From assembly GCA_964494735.1 (NCBI GenBank), contig CAZBSD010000004.1:10988-74987 (forward strand): a stretch of DNA of 64,000 nucleotides, given 5' to 3'. Below, one piece after another: positions 26,895 through 40,021 of the stretch (position 1 is its first letter; each line of letters begins with the position of its first letter). The stretch comes from an uncultured Syntrophomonas sp. GTDB lineage: Bacteria > Bacillota > Syntrophomonadia > Syntrophomonadales > Syntrophomonadaceae. Position numbers and translations under genes: made by a program. Below the pieces are notes generated by a model, which saw only the letters and a program-made list of their open reading frames with translations, searched no databases and was not told where the DNA came from.

Positions 26895-29576
26895 CTACAT
26901 ATTTTCGGCTCGCTTGAACTGCAGTGAATTGCGGTATATCTGCTCTATATCGCGATCATCTATCTCATGATTGCCCATCCGTAAACCCGCCAGTGAAAAA
27001 CCATGCTTGCGGGCCAACTCGTGCAGATATTGGACTGTCTCCAGGGAAAGGATGTTACCGATACTGTAATCCCGGCAATTGCCCTCCAGGGCCAGTAATA
27101 CAGTCTCCGACAGGCAGGCCAGATTCACACCGTCACGATAGCCGAGGTTGGCACCGAAGCAAATATCGTCCGGGTATTGCACCAGGCCGCCTTCCAAAAC
27201 CAGGACATCATCTCTTTGTTCATACACTGCGGGAGCCACATCAGCCGGCCGGGCAACATCGCAGACCACCACCCCGGAACGCAGATTGGCGGGATAAATC
27301 AGATATTCCGGGTTGTTGCTGGCTGCCACTACCAGGTTGCAATCGGGAAGGTCAGCGGCAATGTCGGTGCTGGTACTGATCGGTACTGTGAGGTTAAGGA
27401 ATGTACATGCTTCCCGGATAAGTTCCAGGGTCAGTTCTTGGTCCCCTCTGATCCTCCCGGCCAGCAACGCTGATAGCTCGCCAACCGTATTGTCCAATAC
27501 TCTCAGCAGGCGGTTCAGCCAGAGACTCATACCGTCCAGGCTGCCTTGAAGCATGCGCTGGCGGGCATACCCGAGTATATCGCGGGCCAGCGAATTAAGT
27601 CGCAAACGGCTGCTGGTAGGACGCTGGGGACTGCCAAACAGAGTCATCTGGCAAACCCTTTCCGAGACCATCATGGCACAAGCCCGACCGATAGAACCAT
27701 TGGCACCAACAACACCGGCCCGGGCTGCCAAAGGCTCGATATGCATCTTCTCCGCACCCAGAAACAACGCTTCCATCGCCATCAAGGTAGTGAAGCTGTT
27801 GCCGCTGGTTATGGCTACATTTCGTCCCGTGACAGACCGGCCTCCTCTCGTGACCACCGAGGTCAGCGCGCCCAGTCCGACTATCTCAGCACCCATGTCG
27901 CGGCCCATATCTACGGCCCGAGCTATTACGTCCACAACCTCAGCGTTAGGCATACTCATTATTTCCCGGGCTCCCATTGGGACTCCTATCAGCCAACCCT
28001 GAGCAACTGTGCCATCCAATGATCTTATAGCGGGCATGGTGCAGGTCAACCCGGGCTCATTTATCTCGCTCTCCCATTTCATTATCTTGTATAGTTCATC
28101 GCGGTTATAACTGGCGAATGAGGGATTGTTGATAACCACATCTTCTGGAGCCGGATAATGGATGATGAAGGCAAATTTACGGGTCGGCTCTTCCCCAGGT
28201 AGCAGGGCTGAAGATTTGATCTTACGGGAAATGGCCCGGTAGTCACCGATGACTCCCGGTTTGCGCCGATCACCTATCAAGTAGCGATAAAGACTGGCAT
28301 AATCTCGATATTTGAGGAGCTGGCAGACTACCTCCAAGGCTTCCAGAACCCGGTCTATCTCCTCATAACTGATAGTAAGAGTCGGTTCCAGGCGCAGGGT
28401 CATGGAATTGTTCAAAAAAGGCGCCAGTCTTATCTGGTACACATTGAGCAGGAAGCCAACCAACAGGGCGGTGAATCCTCCCTGCTCCTCCATAAAAGCC
28501 ATGTCGAAGGAACCCACATCCTGCAGTGAATGAAATTCGATGCCGACCAGCAGACCCCGGCCCCGTACTTTTTTGATGACTTCCGGGTAATTCCGACCCA
28601 GTGAGCCTGCTCCATCCATAAGGTATTTTCCCTTGGCATCTACTTCCTTAATGAAAAAACGATCATGGGCGCAAAGCTTCTCCAATACGGCGAGACCGAC
28701 GCCGCAGGTCAGGTTATTATTAGCGAAGGTCGAACTGTGCAGCATGCCGAACTCTTCATTCCAGGCCCGGGGCGAACTCAGACAAACCCCCAGGGGGACC
28801 AGTCCGCCACCCAGAGCTTTGGCCAGGGTCATGATATCCGGTTCCAGGCCGAAATGCTCACAGGCAAACAACCGGCCGGTGCGCCCCAAACCGGTCTGTA
28901 TCTCGTCGACTATGAATAACACCTCAAACTCTCTGCATATCTGCTGTACTTCGCGCAGATAGTCGGCCTGCCCAACCACTACCCCGCCTTCTCCTTGTAC
29001 CAATTCGACAATGAATGCAGCCACCTGGTCATGGCGGGTTGCCAATAACCGGCGCAGGCTGTCGGCATCGTTGTAGGGTACCTTTAAGAATCCAGGGGCA
29101 GGAGCCCGGAATGGGGTCTGATAGGAAGTCTTGCCGGTAGCCGAAAGAGCTCCCAGCGTCTTGCCGTGAAAACTGTTGGTAGTCGATACGATAATCTCCC
29201 GGCCAGTCGTGGACCGGGCCAGCTTCACGGCGGCCTCCACTGCTTCAGTACCACTCTGGCAGAAGGTGGAGTAGCACAGCTCTCCGGGGGAACACTCGGC
29301 CAAAGCGTTGGCCAGTCGCAGCGCTTCACCGGGCAGCGACGGCTGTACCAGGCTGGGCAGTTTTCTGTTGCGGGCGCTTATAAGTGCTTCCCACACGAAA
29401 TCGGGGTTGTAGCCAAATGGGATTGCCCCATACTGGGCTATAAAATCGAGGTAACGAATGCCCTGGTCATCCATCAGGTAACTGCCTTCCCCCTCGATAT
29501 AGTTTTTGTCCAACTGAAAACTCTCTAAGATTTTGATCAGACTGGGGTTGAGCAACTCTCTCCGTAACTCTGGCAT
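26895..29576 (-). CDS. bifunctional fusion: class-III (PLP) aminotransferase + acyl-ACP reductase (AAR)-like NAD(P)-binding domain
   Basis: Start at ATG 29576, 6 nt after GGAGG (ORF-track start 29609 is upstream). The N-terminal half has [25 protein letters not shown] and the PLP lysine context LAKALGGG. The C-terminal half is colinear with cyanobacterial AAR as I recall it: [27 protein letters not shown], GxxGxxG as GANGSIG, and [14 protein letters not shown] with the catalytic-Cys position conserved. Confidence 0.8.
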   Translation of the reverse strand: MPELRRELLNPSLIKILESFQLDKNYIEGEGSYLMDDQGIRYLDFIAQYGAIPFGYNPDFVWEALISARNRKLPSLVQPSLPGEALRLANALAECSPGELCYSTFCQSGTEAVEAAVKLARSTTGREIIVSTTNSFHGKTLGALSATGKTSYQTPFRAPAPGFLKVPYNDADSLRRLLATRHDQVAAFIVELVQGEGGVVVGQADYLREVQQICREFEVLFIVDEIQTGLGRTGRLFACEHFGLEPDIMTLAKALGGGLVPLGVCLSSPRAWNEEFGMLHSSTFANNNLTCGVGLAVLEKLCAHDRFFIKEVDAKGKYLMDGAGSLGRNYPEVIKKVRGRGLLVGIEFHSLQDVGSFDMAFMEEQGGFTALLVGFLLNVYQIRLAPFLNNSMTLRLEPTLTISYEEIDRVLEALEVVCQLLKYRDYASLYRYLIGDRRKPGVIGDYRAISRKIKSSALLPGEEPTRKFAFIIHYPAPEDVVINNPSFASYNRDELYKIMKWESEINEPGLTCTMPAIRSLDGTVAQGWLIGVPMGAREIMSMPNAEVVDVIARAVDMGRDMGAEIVGLGALTSVVTRGGRSVTGRNVAITSGNSFTTLMAMEALFLGAEKMHIEPLAARAGVVGANGSIGRACAMMVSERVCQMTLFGSPQRPTSSRLRLNSLARDILGYARQRMLQGSLDGMSLWLNRLLRVLDNTVGELSALLAGRIRGDQELTLELIREACTFLNLTVPISTSTDIAADLPDCNLVVAASNNPEYLIYPANLRSGVVVCDVARPADVAPAVYEQRDDVLVLEGGLVQYPDDICFGANLGYRDGVNLACLSETVLLALEGNCRDYSIGNILSLETVQYLHELARKHGFSLAGLRMGNHEIDDRDIEQIYRNSLQFKRAENM

Positions 29577-29625
29577 CAATGTCCTCCTCTTGTGCACATG
29601 GTTGTGCAAATTGCCGATTACATAT

Positions 29626-29653
29626 ATTTTATATCTACCCCCAGTTTTGTCAA
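29626..29653 (-). promoter_or_regulatory. sigma-A type promoter upstream of the aminotransferase-reductase gene
   Basis: The minus strand reads TTGACA (29653..29648), a 16-nt spacer, then TAAAAT. Confidence 0.45.
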
Positions 29654-29806
29654 ACCCGGAAGAGGCTATACGAAGTTAATAAATCATACAATCCATTTAG
29701 GCGCAAATAATCGTTGCCAGCCTGGAGACAGCCAAATCAAAGACCAGCCCCATGATGAAGCTGGTTGAAGAGATGCTGTCGGCTGGATGGAGTAATGAAT
29801 CCCTGT

Positions 29807-30559
29807 TTATTTGTTGCGGATATATTTTAGGGTGATATGGGGTCGGCTGGACTTGCGCGACTGGATCTCAAATTGCTTGAGGGAGGAAATCAAAGGAGTA
29901 AGCTTGGCATGTCCATAGTTGCGAGTATCGAAATCGGGGTAGCGTTTGTTGAGCCGTTTGCCAACCTCGCCCAGGAACGCCCACCCGTCATCGTCGGAAG
30001 TCTCATTGACAATGGTCCGAATGGTGTTTATCAACTCCTCGATGCTGGCCATGCCATCCTGAGGCACTGTCGTCTTTTCGGTCTTGACAGCTGCTGCCTG
30101 TGTCTTATCATGGTTGGTGGGGACGGCAGCCAGTACCTCCAGGTACTTGAACTTCTCACAGGCGGTTATAAAAGGCAGCGGCGTCTTTTTCTCGCCGATA
30201 CCGACCACGTACATGCCAGCCTCGCGCAGGCGGGCGGCCAGCCGGGTGAAATCACTGTCGCTGGATACGATACAAAAACCGTCTACGTTCTTGGAATAAA
30301 GAATATCCATAGCGTCTATGATCAAAGCTGAATCGGTCGAGTTCTTGCCGGTAGTGTAGCCGTACTGCTGAATAGGGGTTATGGAGTATTTAAGCAGCAC
30401 CGATTTCCAGGAAGACAGGCTGGGATTGGTCCAGTCTCCGTAGATCCTTTTGTAGGTGGGCGTGCCGTGGTTGGAGATCTCGTCGAATATATATTTTATA
30501 TACTTGTCCGAAACATTATCGGCATCGATCAGCACGGCCATCTTTCTATCGTGTTCCAT
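29807..30559 (-). CDS. NYN-domain (LabA-like) protein with C-terminal OST-HTH/LOTUS domain
   Basis: The NYN core reads MAVLIDADNV...YGDW...KN.TD.ALIIDAMD...VDGFCIVSSDSDFT.LA.RLRE.G..V.G.G. The C-terminal OST-HTH-like part reads DDGWAFLGEVGKRLNKRYPDFDTRNYGHAKL..L. Confidence 0.8.
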   Translation of the reverse strand: MEHDRKMAVLIDADNVSDKYIKYIFDEISNHGTPTYKRIYGDWTNPSLSSWKSVLLKYSITPIQQYGYTTGKNSTDSALIIDAMDILYSKNVDGFCIVSSDSDFTRLAARLREAGMYVVGIGEKKTPLPFITACEKFKYLEVLAAVPTNHDKTQAAAVKTEKTTVPQDGMASIEELINTIRTIVNETSDDDGWAFLGEVGKRLNKRYPDFDTRNYGHAKLTPLISSLKQFEIQSRKSSRPHITLKYIRNK

Positions 30560-30656
30560 GTATTATCTCTCCAGACTTCTGCGAATAGCTTTTTACCATC
30601 CCATCTTAGAACACCGCGGTCTTCCCGTCAACTTGGGCCCGGGGCAATTTTTCTGC

Positions 30657-30685
30657 TTGACTATAAGTGAATGCTCATTTATTAT
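30657..30685 (+). promoter_or_regulatory. sigma-A type promoter for the TetR-family gene
   Basis: TTGACT-17 nt-TATTAT, 18 nt upstream of the ATG at 30703. Confidence 0.5.
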
Positions 30686-30702
30686 TCCAATTAGGTGATG
30701 TT

Positions 30703-31266
30703 ATGCGCAGAAAAGATGATCGCAAACAGCAGAATATAAAACAGGCAGTACTGAAGCTGATAGTTTCGGAGGGGCTGCAGGGAGCATCCATATCCAAAAT
30801 AGCCCGGGAGGCGGGAGTGTCACCGGCGACCGTATATATTTACTATGCTAATAAGGAAGCCATGCTCCAGGATCTCTACCGCGAATATCAGCAACAGGTC
30901 AGGAATTTCCTGGCTGAGAAGGTTAGGAAAGATATGTCCGGGGAACAGTTGATAGAAACCTTGGTGCGGTCTTACTACACCTATATAACCAACCACGGAG
31001 AAGTCTTTTATTTCGTGGAACAGTTCTCCAGCTGTCCGGCACTGGTGGAACAATGCCCAGTCAAATCGGAGAGGCTGCCCATGGAAGATGTTCTGGATGA
31101 ATTCAAGCGGCAGCGAATCCTAAAAGACGTGGACAACATCAATATCCAGGCCATATTATTCAACCCGGTGAAAACCATTGCGGTCCAATATCGCAGCCAG
31201 GATGCTGAAACAGCCTCGATGCTGAATGACTTGATCAAGATGATACAGGCTGCTCTATTGAGATAA
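30703..31266 (+). CDS. TetR/AcrR family transcriptional regulator
   Basis: The HTH region reads ..GLQGASISKIAREAGVSPATVYIYYANKEAML. Start at ATG 30703 after AGGTGA. Confidence 0.85.
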   Translation: MRRKDDRKQQNIKQAVLKLIVSEGLQGASISKIAREAGVSPATVYIYYANKEAMLQDLYREYQQQVRNFLAEKVRKDMSGEQLIETLVRSYYTYITNHGEVFYFVEQFSSCPALVEQCPVKSERLPMEDVLDEFKRQRILKDVDNINIQAILFNPVKTIAVQYRSQDAETASMLNDLIKMIQAALLR

Positions 31267-31280
31267 CAACTCTATTTATG

Positions 31281-31300
31281 AAGGGAGTCATCCCTTTTTA
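31281..31300 (+). terminator. rho-independent terminator after the TetR gene
   Basis: AAGGGA-GTCA-TCCCTT followed by TTTAATTT. Confidence 0.55.
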
Positions 31301-31365
31301 ATTTGGCTTCATTATAAACGATTGTTCACTTAATCAAGTGAGGGTAAACGAAAGGATGTACCGAT

Positions 31366-33723
<2,358 letters not shown>

Positions 33724-33798
33724 TTGAGGTTAGATATTAGATAAATTATTTGCAATCATAAACAGGGCGGTAAGCGCCGCCCACCCTTTGATCAAGAT

Positions 33799-33836
33799 AA
33801 GGCACCAGCCTCTGAAGCAGAGCGGGTGCCTTTTTC
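33799..33836 (+). terminator. rho-independent terminator after lon
   Basis: AAGGCACC...GGTGCCTT stem with inner CTCTG/CAGAG pairing, followed by TTTTT. Confidence 0.7.
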
Positions 33837-33955
33837 TCCATCGTAATAATCCGACAAATGACGTATATTATATCCAATGGGTATCTCCCGAAATGTAACT
33901 GTGGGGGATCGACGATCGTATTAGTATTTGGTCGAGAAAGATTGGAGGTGTCAAT

Positions 33956-34393
33956 ATGTCATCGCTGCAATGGATCCTGATCGCCATCTTATGCGGGGCG
34001 GTGGAGATATTTTCTTCAGGATTCTGGTTCCTATGGCTAGCCATCGCCGCCCTGTTGATCGCCGTGGCTTCGGCTTTGGGGATAATCAGCACAATACCTG
34101 CCCAGCTGCTGGTCTTTTCTATCATCACTTTGGTGCTGATCGTGTTTACCCGGCCGCTGCTTATGAAGACCATCAAAACAGACGACAAGGTCAGTAATAT
34201 CAAGGCTTTGATAGGCCAGCAGGGCATGTCCCTGACTCCGGTAACCCCATTACACTATGGTCAGGTCAAGGTCAATGGTGAGATTTGGACAGCCGTATCA
34301 GAAGAATATATCGAAGAGAACATCCGAGTAGTGGTAACCGGAGTCGATGGCGTCAAGCTGGTGGTCGACAAAGCCTTTATCAATTTGAACTGA
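33956..34393 (+). CDS. NfeD-family membrane protein
   Basis: Three N-terminal TM helices plus a C-terminal OB-like segment (G.V.V.GE.W.A.S...I..G..V.V..V.G..L.V). It is paired with the SPFH gene downstream. Confidence 0.8.
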   Translation: MSSLQWILIAILCGAVEIFSSGFWFLWLAIAALLIAVASALGIISTIPAQLLVFSIITLVLIVFTRPLLMKTIKTDDKVSNIKALIGQQGMSLTPVTPLHYGQVKVNGEIWTAVSEEYIEENIRVVVTGVDGVKLVVDKAFINLN

Positions 34394-34423
34394 AATACGT
34401 TCGCTTAAGAAAGGATGAGATGA

Positions 34424-35380
34424 ATGGATACCCTATTAAGTATTTTCGTCAATCTGGTTTTGGTTATGTTCGTAGTGCTGATAGCCTGGTCCTCCATCAA
34501 GATTATCCGCCAGGCATCAGTGGGTATAGTAGAACGACTGGGTAAATACCATAAAACTGCCGAACAGGGCATCAATATGCTGATACCATTCGTGGACAGT
34601 TTCCGCTCCATTGTCGACCTGCGGGAGCAGGTGGTCAGTTTTGCCCCTCAACCGGTTATCACCAAGGATAACGTGACCATGATGATCGACACCGTCATTT
34701 ACTATCAGGTGACCGATGCCTTCCGCTTCGTATATGAGATCCAGAATCCCATCTTTGCCATCGACAATCTGACCGCCACCACTCTGCGCAATATTGTCGG
34801 TGATTTGGAGTTGGATGAAACCCTGACCTCACGTGATCTGGTTAATACCAGGCTGCGCGTTATCCTGGATGAAGCTACCGACAAGTGGGGAATCAAGGTC
34901 AACCGGGTGGAGTTGAAAAACATCCTCCCGCCCGAGGATATCCAAACTGCGATGGAGAAGCAGATGCGAGCCGAGCGTGAAAAACGTCAGGCCATATTGC
35001 TGGCCGAAGGGCAGAAGACGGCCGCGATCTTGGAAGCCGAAGGCAGAAAACAGTCCAATATACTCAATGCCGAAGGAATCAAGGAATCAAATATCCGGAC
35101 CGCGGAAGGCTCTCGCCAAGCCAAGATCCTTGAGGCCGAAGGCGAAGCCCAGGCTATCCTCAATGTTCAACGCGCCTTCGCCGACAGCCTGGTGATGCTG
35201 CGGGAGGCGGGCATAGATGATAAGGTGGTGGTCCTGAAGTCACTGGAAGCCATCAAGGCTCTGGGCGAAGGACAGGCTACCAAGTTGATAATCCCCAGTG
35301 ATCTGGCTGGTCTGGGCGGGGTATTTGCCGCCCTCAAGGAAGTCGCTGCCGATAGTACCGGTACCAGTGGTACCAAATAA
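34424..35380 (+). CDS. SPFH/band-7 (stomatin-like) protein
   Basis: TM anchor followed by ..IIRQASVGIVERLGKY......PQPVITKDNV....D.V.YY.V.D...  and a coiled-coil EAEG repeat region. Confidence 0.85.
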   Translation: MDTLLSIFVNLVLVMFVVLIAWSSIKIIRQASVGIVERLGKYHKTAEQGINMLIPFVDSFRSIVDLREQVVSFAPQPVITKDNVTMMIDTVIYYQVTDAFRFVYEIQNPIFAIDNLTATTLRNIVGDLELDETLTSRDLVNTRLRVILDEATDKWGIKVNRVELKNILPPEDIQTAMEKQMRAEREKRQAILLAEGQKTAAILEAEGRKQSNILNAEGIKESNIRTAEGSRQAKILEAEGEAQAILNVQRAFADSLVMLREAGIDDKVVVLKSLEAIKALGEGQATKLIIPSDLAGLGGVFAALKEVAADSTGTSGTK

Positions 35381-35454
35381 ACAACGCGACTGCCCGTACA
35401 GATTAATCTGCCCAGCGGCGGCGGGAAAATAATCCGAAAGGGATTGATCGATTC

Positions 35455-36654
35455 ATGGCAGGTGCAAGTCAGAAACCCATGGCGGTACTCTTCGGCTCCA
35501 TCTTTCTGGTGGGGATGGGGTTTAGCATCATCATGCCGGTATTGCCTTATTATGCAGAGTCGATGGGGGCCAGTGGGTTTCAACTGGGCCTTCTGATTAC
35601 CATCTATGCAGTTTGTCAATTCATATTTGCCCCCATCTGGGGGGCGTATTCAGACCGCGTTGGTCGCAAGCCGGTTCTGTTGCTTGGTATCATCGGGTAT
35701 GCCATTACCTTCCTGTTATTTGGCTTTGCCGACGAACTCTGGATGCTTTATGTGATCCGGGCCATAGGCGGCAGCCTCTCCTGTGCCACCATGCCTACCG
35801 CCATGGCCTATGTAGCTGATTCCACCAGCCTTGAAAAACGCGGTCCGGCGATGGGCATGGTCGGGGCCGCCATGGGTATGGGCATGATCTTTGGCCCCGC
35901 TTTGGGTGGTATCATGTCCAATATTTCCCTGGGCTTCCCTTTCATCTTCGCTGGCCTCCTTGGGGTCATCAATACCGTTGCCATATGGGTATTGCTGCAT
36001 GAATCACTTCCGCCGGAGCAGCAGGCGGCACAACACCAAAAGATAGAAAGGGCTTCATTGCTGGAAGGACTGCGGAGCCCTTTAGTGGTCTTTTTTCTGG
36101 TCATCCTGGCGGTCAGCATCGGCGAATCCATCAATCACGGTACATTCGCCCTTTTTGTGCAGGCCAAGCTCTCTTTCACGGCTCACGATGTTGGCTGGTC
36201 GTTTACTGTTGCAGGCATAACCTCAGCTTTAATCCAGGGACTGTTGGTAGGTCGGATGATCAACAGGTTTGGCGAGGAGAGGACCGCAGCCGTTGGCATC
36301 ACCCTTTTGGGGGCTAGTCTGTTCTTATTCATTTTCACCTACGACATACTCAGTTCCATCATTTTTATGGCCATATTTTCGGGTGGGGTTGGACTCACCC
36401 GCCCATCCATAACTGCTGCGGTATCCAAGCGAACCGTTACCGCCCAAGGTTCAGCCATGGGGATACTGCAGGGCTACGACAGCCTGGGGCGGGCGATCGG
36501 CCCGGCCTTAGGGGGCTGGATGCTGGACCGGGGGTTGAATCTGGGCTATTATACCGGGATCGCAGTTACTGTTGTCGGTCTGGCAACACTGGTGATAGGC
36601 TCCCGGCTTCGTCCTTTGGCCCCCATTACCGCGCGCCGGGAAGTAGACAACTAG
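35455..36654 (+). CDS. MFS transporter (DHA1/TetA-like)
   Basis: 12-TM pattern. The loop 2-3 motif reads GAYSDRVGRKPVLL. Confidence 0.8.
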   Translation: MAGASQKPMAVLFGSIFLVGMGFSIIMPVLPYYAESMGASGFQLGLLITIYAVCQFIFAPIWGAYSDRVGRKPVLLLGIIGYAITFLLFGFADELWMLYVIRAIGGSLSCATMPTAMAYVADSTSLEKRGPAMGMVGAAMGMGMIFGPALGGIMSNISLGFPFIFAGLLGVINTVAIWVLLHESLPPEQQAAQHQKIERASLLEGLRSPLVVFFLVILAVSIGESINHGTFALFVQAKLSFTAHDVGWSFTVAGITSALIQGLLVGRMINRFGEERTAAVGITLLGASLFLFIFTYDILSSIIFMAIFSGGVGLTRPSITAAVSKRTVTAQGSAMGILQGYDSLGRAIGPALGGWMLDRGLNLGYYTGIAVTVVGLATLVIGSRLRPLAPITARREVDN

Positions 36655-36710
36655 GACAACCTGCGGGCGCTGTCACCCAATACGATCAGTAAGGAGAGAA
36701 TAGACGAACG

Positions 36711-37199
36711 ATGGTACCGATCATTAGTTTCGTAGGCCGTCATAACGCCGGCAAGACTACCGTCTTGGGGAAACTTATTACCCTCTTGACCCAAGAGGGA
36801 TTTAAGATCGCATACATCAAACACGTTCATCATAACCTTGATATATTTCCGGGCCAGGATTCTGAACTGGCCCTGCAAGCGGGGGCTGATTATGTGGTGG
36901 CCAGCTCGCCCCGCCTGCAAGTCCAATACCGGAGATACTCCGAAGAACCAAGTTTGGAAGAACTGATCGCGGCTGTTCCGGCAGATATCGATCTGGTGAT
37001 AGTAGAGGGATTCAAAAAGGAACCTCTGCCCAAGGTAGAGGTGGTACGGCAGGCTATCGATCCCGTTCCTATGCTCCTTCCCCGCACGTTGGCATTGGTA
37101 AGCGATTTTCCTCTGCAATCAGAATTGCCGCTGATACCAGCTGACGATACCGAAGCCCTGGCCCGTTTTGTGTGCCATTTCGGCGGATTGTCACAATAA
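36711..37199 (+). CDS. mobB: molybdopterin-guanine dinucleotide biosynthesis adapter MobB
   Basis: The N-terminus reads IISFVGRHNAGKTTV..KLI..L...G.K.A.IKH.HH. The central region reads DLVIVEGFK. Confidence 0.8.
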   Translation: MVPIISFVGRHNAGKTTVLGKLITLLTQEGFKIAYIKHVHHNLDIFPGQDSELALQAGADYVVASSPRLQVQYRRYSEEPSLEELIAAVPADIDLVIVEGFKKEPLPKVEVVRQAIDPVPMLLPRTLALVSDFPLQSELPLIPADDTEALARFVCHFGGLSQ

Positions 37200-37478
37200 A
37201 CACATCAGGCAGATGCCCCCGTTGGTCATCTTCTCAGTCTCTCCCCGGCCAATGCTGGTTTCGGTCGAATAGTTTTTACCCTGACCGGGGAACCATTTAC
37301 AGTGTCTGATTTCACTTCAGCTGCTCACCCATACAGCTTCTCAAACCCCGCAAGCATGTTCGTCCATTTTCCTGAATAGAATTAGTTAGACTGTGGGCGC
37401 CACCGATAGGATGGTTGGCACTGCGCTGCCATCACCGGTTGTATGCCTTGGCGCCATTTCGAAAGGGAGGGAATGATT

Positions 37479-37973
37479 ATGAAGAGGTATTTCTGGATAG
37501 CGGCGGCGGTGGTGATACTGGCAGGGGCAGTACTTTATTGGACTTCTATGGGAAAAGCCGACAAGGTACAGCAGATTCCGGAGGTATTTCGGGACCAAGG
37601 CATCGGGTGGATCACCAATGATGGTATAACCCTTCTCCAGACCAGGCAGGGGGCATCCATATATCCGGTCACCCATGATAGTCAATATCTCTATGTATTG
37701 AGCGGCAACGCCGATAAAATCAAGAAATATCATGTTGACAAAATCAGTCAGGAAATTGTGATAGAACAGGTTATGGTGGATCCCAAAGACCGTGGAGAAG
37801 CATACTTCCAGGTTGTAAAGGTCCCCACCGCCAAATACCAGGGGATAATCAAGGACGGAGCGGTCACGATCAGGGTCAGATTCAACTACCTGGATAATCA
37901 GTCGCTCTATGTGAGCTACGATATTGATACCAAGACCACCAAATTACTGGACGGCACTCTGCTCAACCAATAA
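37479..37973 (+). CDS. hypothetical membrane-anchored protein
   Basis: Start at ATG 37479, 8 nt after GGGAGGG. One N-terminal TM helix, then a soluble, apparently beta-rich domain. No motif recognised. Confidence 0.55.
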   Translation: MKRYFWIAAAVVILAGAVLYWTSMGKADKVQQIPEVFRDQGIGWITNDGITLLQTRQGASIYPVTHDSQYLYVLSGNADKIKKYHVDKISQEIVIEQVMVDPKDRGEAYFQVVKVPTAKYQGIIKDGAVTIRVRFNYLDNQSLYVSYDIDTKTTKLLDGTLLNQ

Positions 37974-38278
37974 AATGCGGATGGAGAAAGCCTCTCCCCA
38001 TGCCGTGAAATTCAAGCGATCCACTATGCACATTGAATGTCCGCAACAATCAACCACCTGGATATAAGGGTATATTGGCACTGGAACCGGTTGTTCCCAG
38101 TGAATTGAATTGAATAGGCTCAGCTGCCGGGGATGATGATTCTCCGGTGGCTTTTTAAGACATGAATACGGCTGATTGGCGCACGTATTGCCAAAATTGC
38201 ATTATGCGGTTGGCTAAACAAATGGATTTAGGCTAGACTTATTTTAAGGAAAGAAATATTGGAAAGAGGTGTTGGTTT

Positions 38279-38881
<603 letters not shown>

Positions 38882-38981
38882 CCATACTTCATTGCCGAAA
38901 AAAAATGGTCGGCAAAAGGGTTGATGTTGGCGATCCGTTTAGGTTAACCATGTAAAGACTCAGCTAATGATATTCCTGTTG

Positions 38982-39124
38982 TTAGACAAGTTACATCCAG
39001 GCAGACCGAGCAAAAAAGGCTTAGAGCAAGGCATTCGGGAACCCCGTGATTAAGGCGTACAAGAGGTACGTCGATTGAACCGGGATTCCGTATTAACGCC
39101 GCTATAGGCCTTTTTTGGTCTGAC
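38982..39124. repeat. copy 3 of the structured intergenic repeat
   Basis: About 12 substitutions and a 3-nt deletion relative to copy 1 by hand alignment. Same orientation. It lies between convergent sodA and flxA. Confidence 0.85.
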
Positions 39125-39165
39125 GGGATTGGCCCCAGCCAATCCTGTATCTTTATTAACTTAAA

Positions 39166-40017
39166 CTACCACTCGGCCGGCAGGTCCCGCAGTTGTTTCA
39201 GATAGTAGACCGGACCATCCAGGCAAATGAACTCGCTGCCGATGTTGCACCGCCCGCACTTGCCTATCCCGCACTTCATTCTCATCTCCAGGGTGGTTAT
39301 AACCTGCTCATCATGGTAGCCCATTTTCTCCAGGGACTGCAGCACGAACTTGATCATGATCGGCGGTCCGCAGACAACCGCTATCGCACCCGCCGGACTG
39401 GGGCTGAGTTCTTCCAGGTAGGAGGGCACAAATCCGACATGACCATCCCATTCCAATTCAGGATTATCGATGGTGACAAACACCTGGGTATCCTTCTCCT
39501 GGGGCCACTGTTCGAACAACTCCTCCTTGAAGCAAAGGTCGTCCTGGCTGCGGGAACCATAGATAATGGTAATCTGGCCATAGTCCTCCCGATGCTTGAA
39601 ACAATACTTTATAAAGGAGCGCAAGGGAGCCAGGCCGATACCACCGGCTATGAACACCATGTCTTTGCCCTTGCAGGCTTCCACCGGGAAACCGTTACCG
39701 TACGGACCCCGGACTCCAATCTGCTGCCCCACTTCAATCCCGTGCAATTCATCGGTCAGCAGTCCTACCCGTTTGATAGCAAACTCCAGGTACTCTTGCT
39801 CTTCCTGCCAGGTGCAGGAGATCATAGCCTCCCCCACCGGAAGGTGCGATATCATGGCACATTGGCCGGGAGCTACCTGAAATGGCACCCCCTGGCCGGC
39901 CAGGTTTCTAACCAGGAAACTCTTCACGTCCGGGGTCCGGTCGATGATATCTATGACTTCCACCACTGTCGGTACCAGCGGCTGCTCAATGGCCATACCT
40001 TTATTAGACTGATCCAT
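39166..40017 (-). CDS. flxA: FAD/NAD(P)-binding oxidoreductase with C-terminal [2Fe-2S] (FlxA; PyrK/AsrB/HydG-like)
   Basis: Start at ATG 40017, 4 nt after the flxB stop. It has a ferredoxin-reductase-type fold (..RPYS-like FAIKRVG.., GGIGLAP). The C-terminal cluster reads CGIGKCGRCNIG....C. Confidence 0.8.
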   Translation of the reverse strand: MDQSNKGMAIEQPLVPTVVEVIDIIDRTPDVKSFLVRNLAGQGVPFQVAPGQCAMISHLPVGEAMISCTWQEEQEYLEFAIKRVGLLTDELHGIEVGQQIGVRGPYGNGFPVEACKGKDMVFIAGGIGLAPLRSFIKYCFKHREDYGQITIIYGSRSQDDLCFKEELFEQWPQEKDTQVFVTIDNPELEWDGHVGFVPSYLEELSPSPAGAIAVVCGPPIMIKFVLQSLEKMGYHDEQVITTLEMRMKCGIGKCGRCNIGSEFICLDGPVYYLKQLRDLPAEW

Positions 40018-40021
40018 AATG

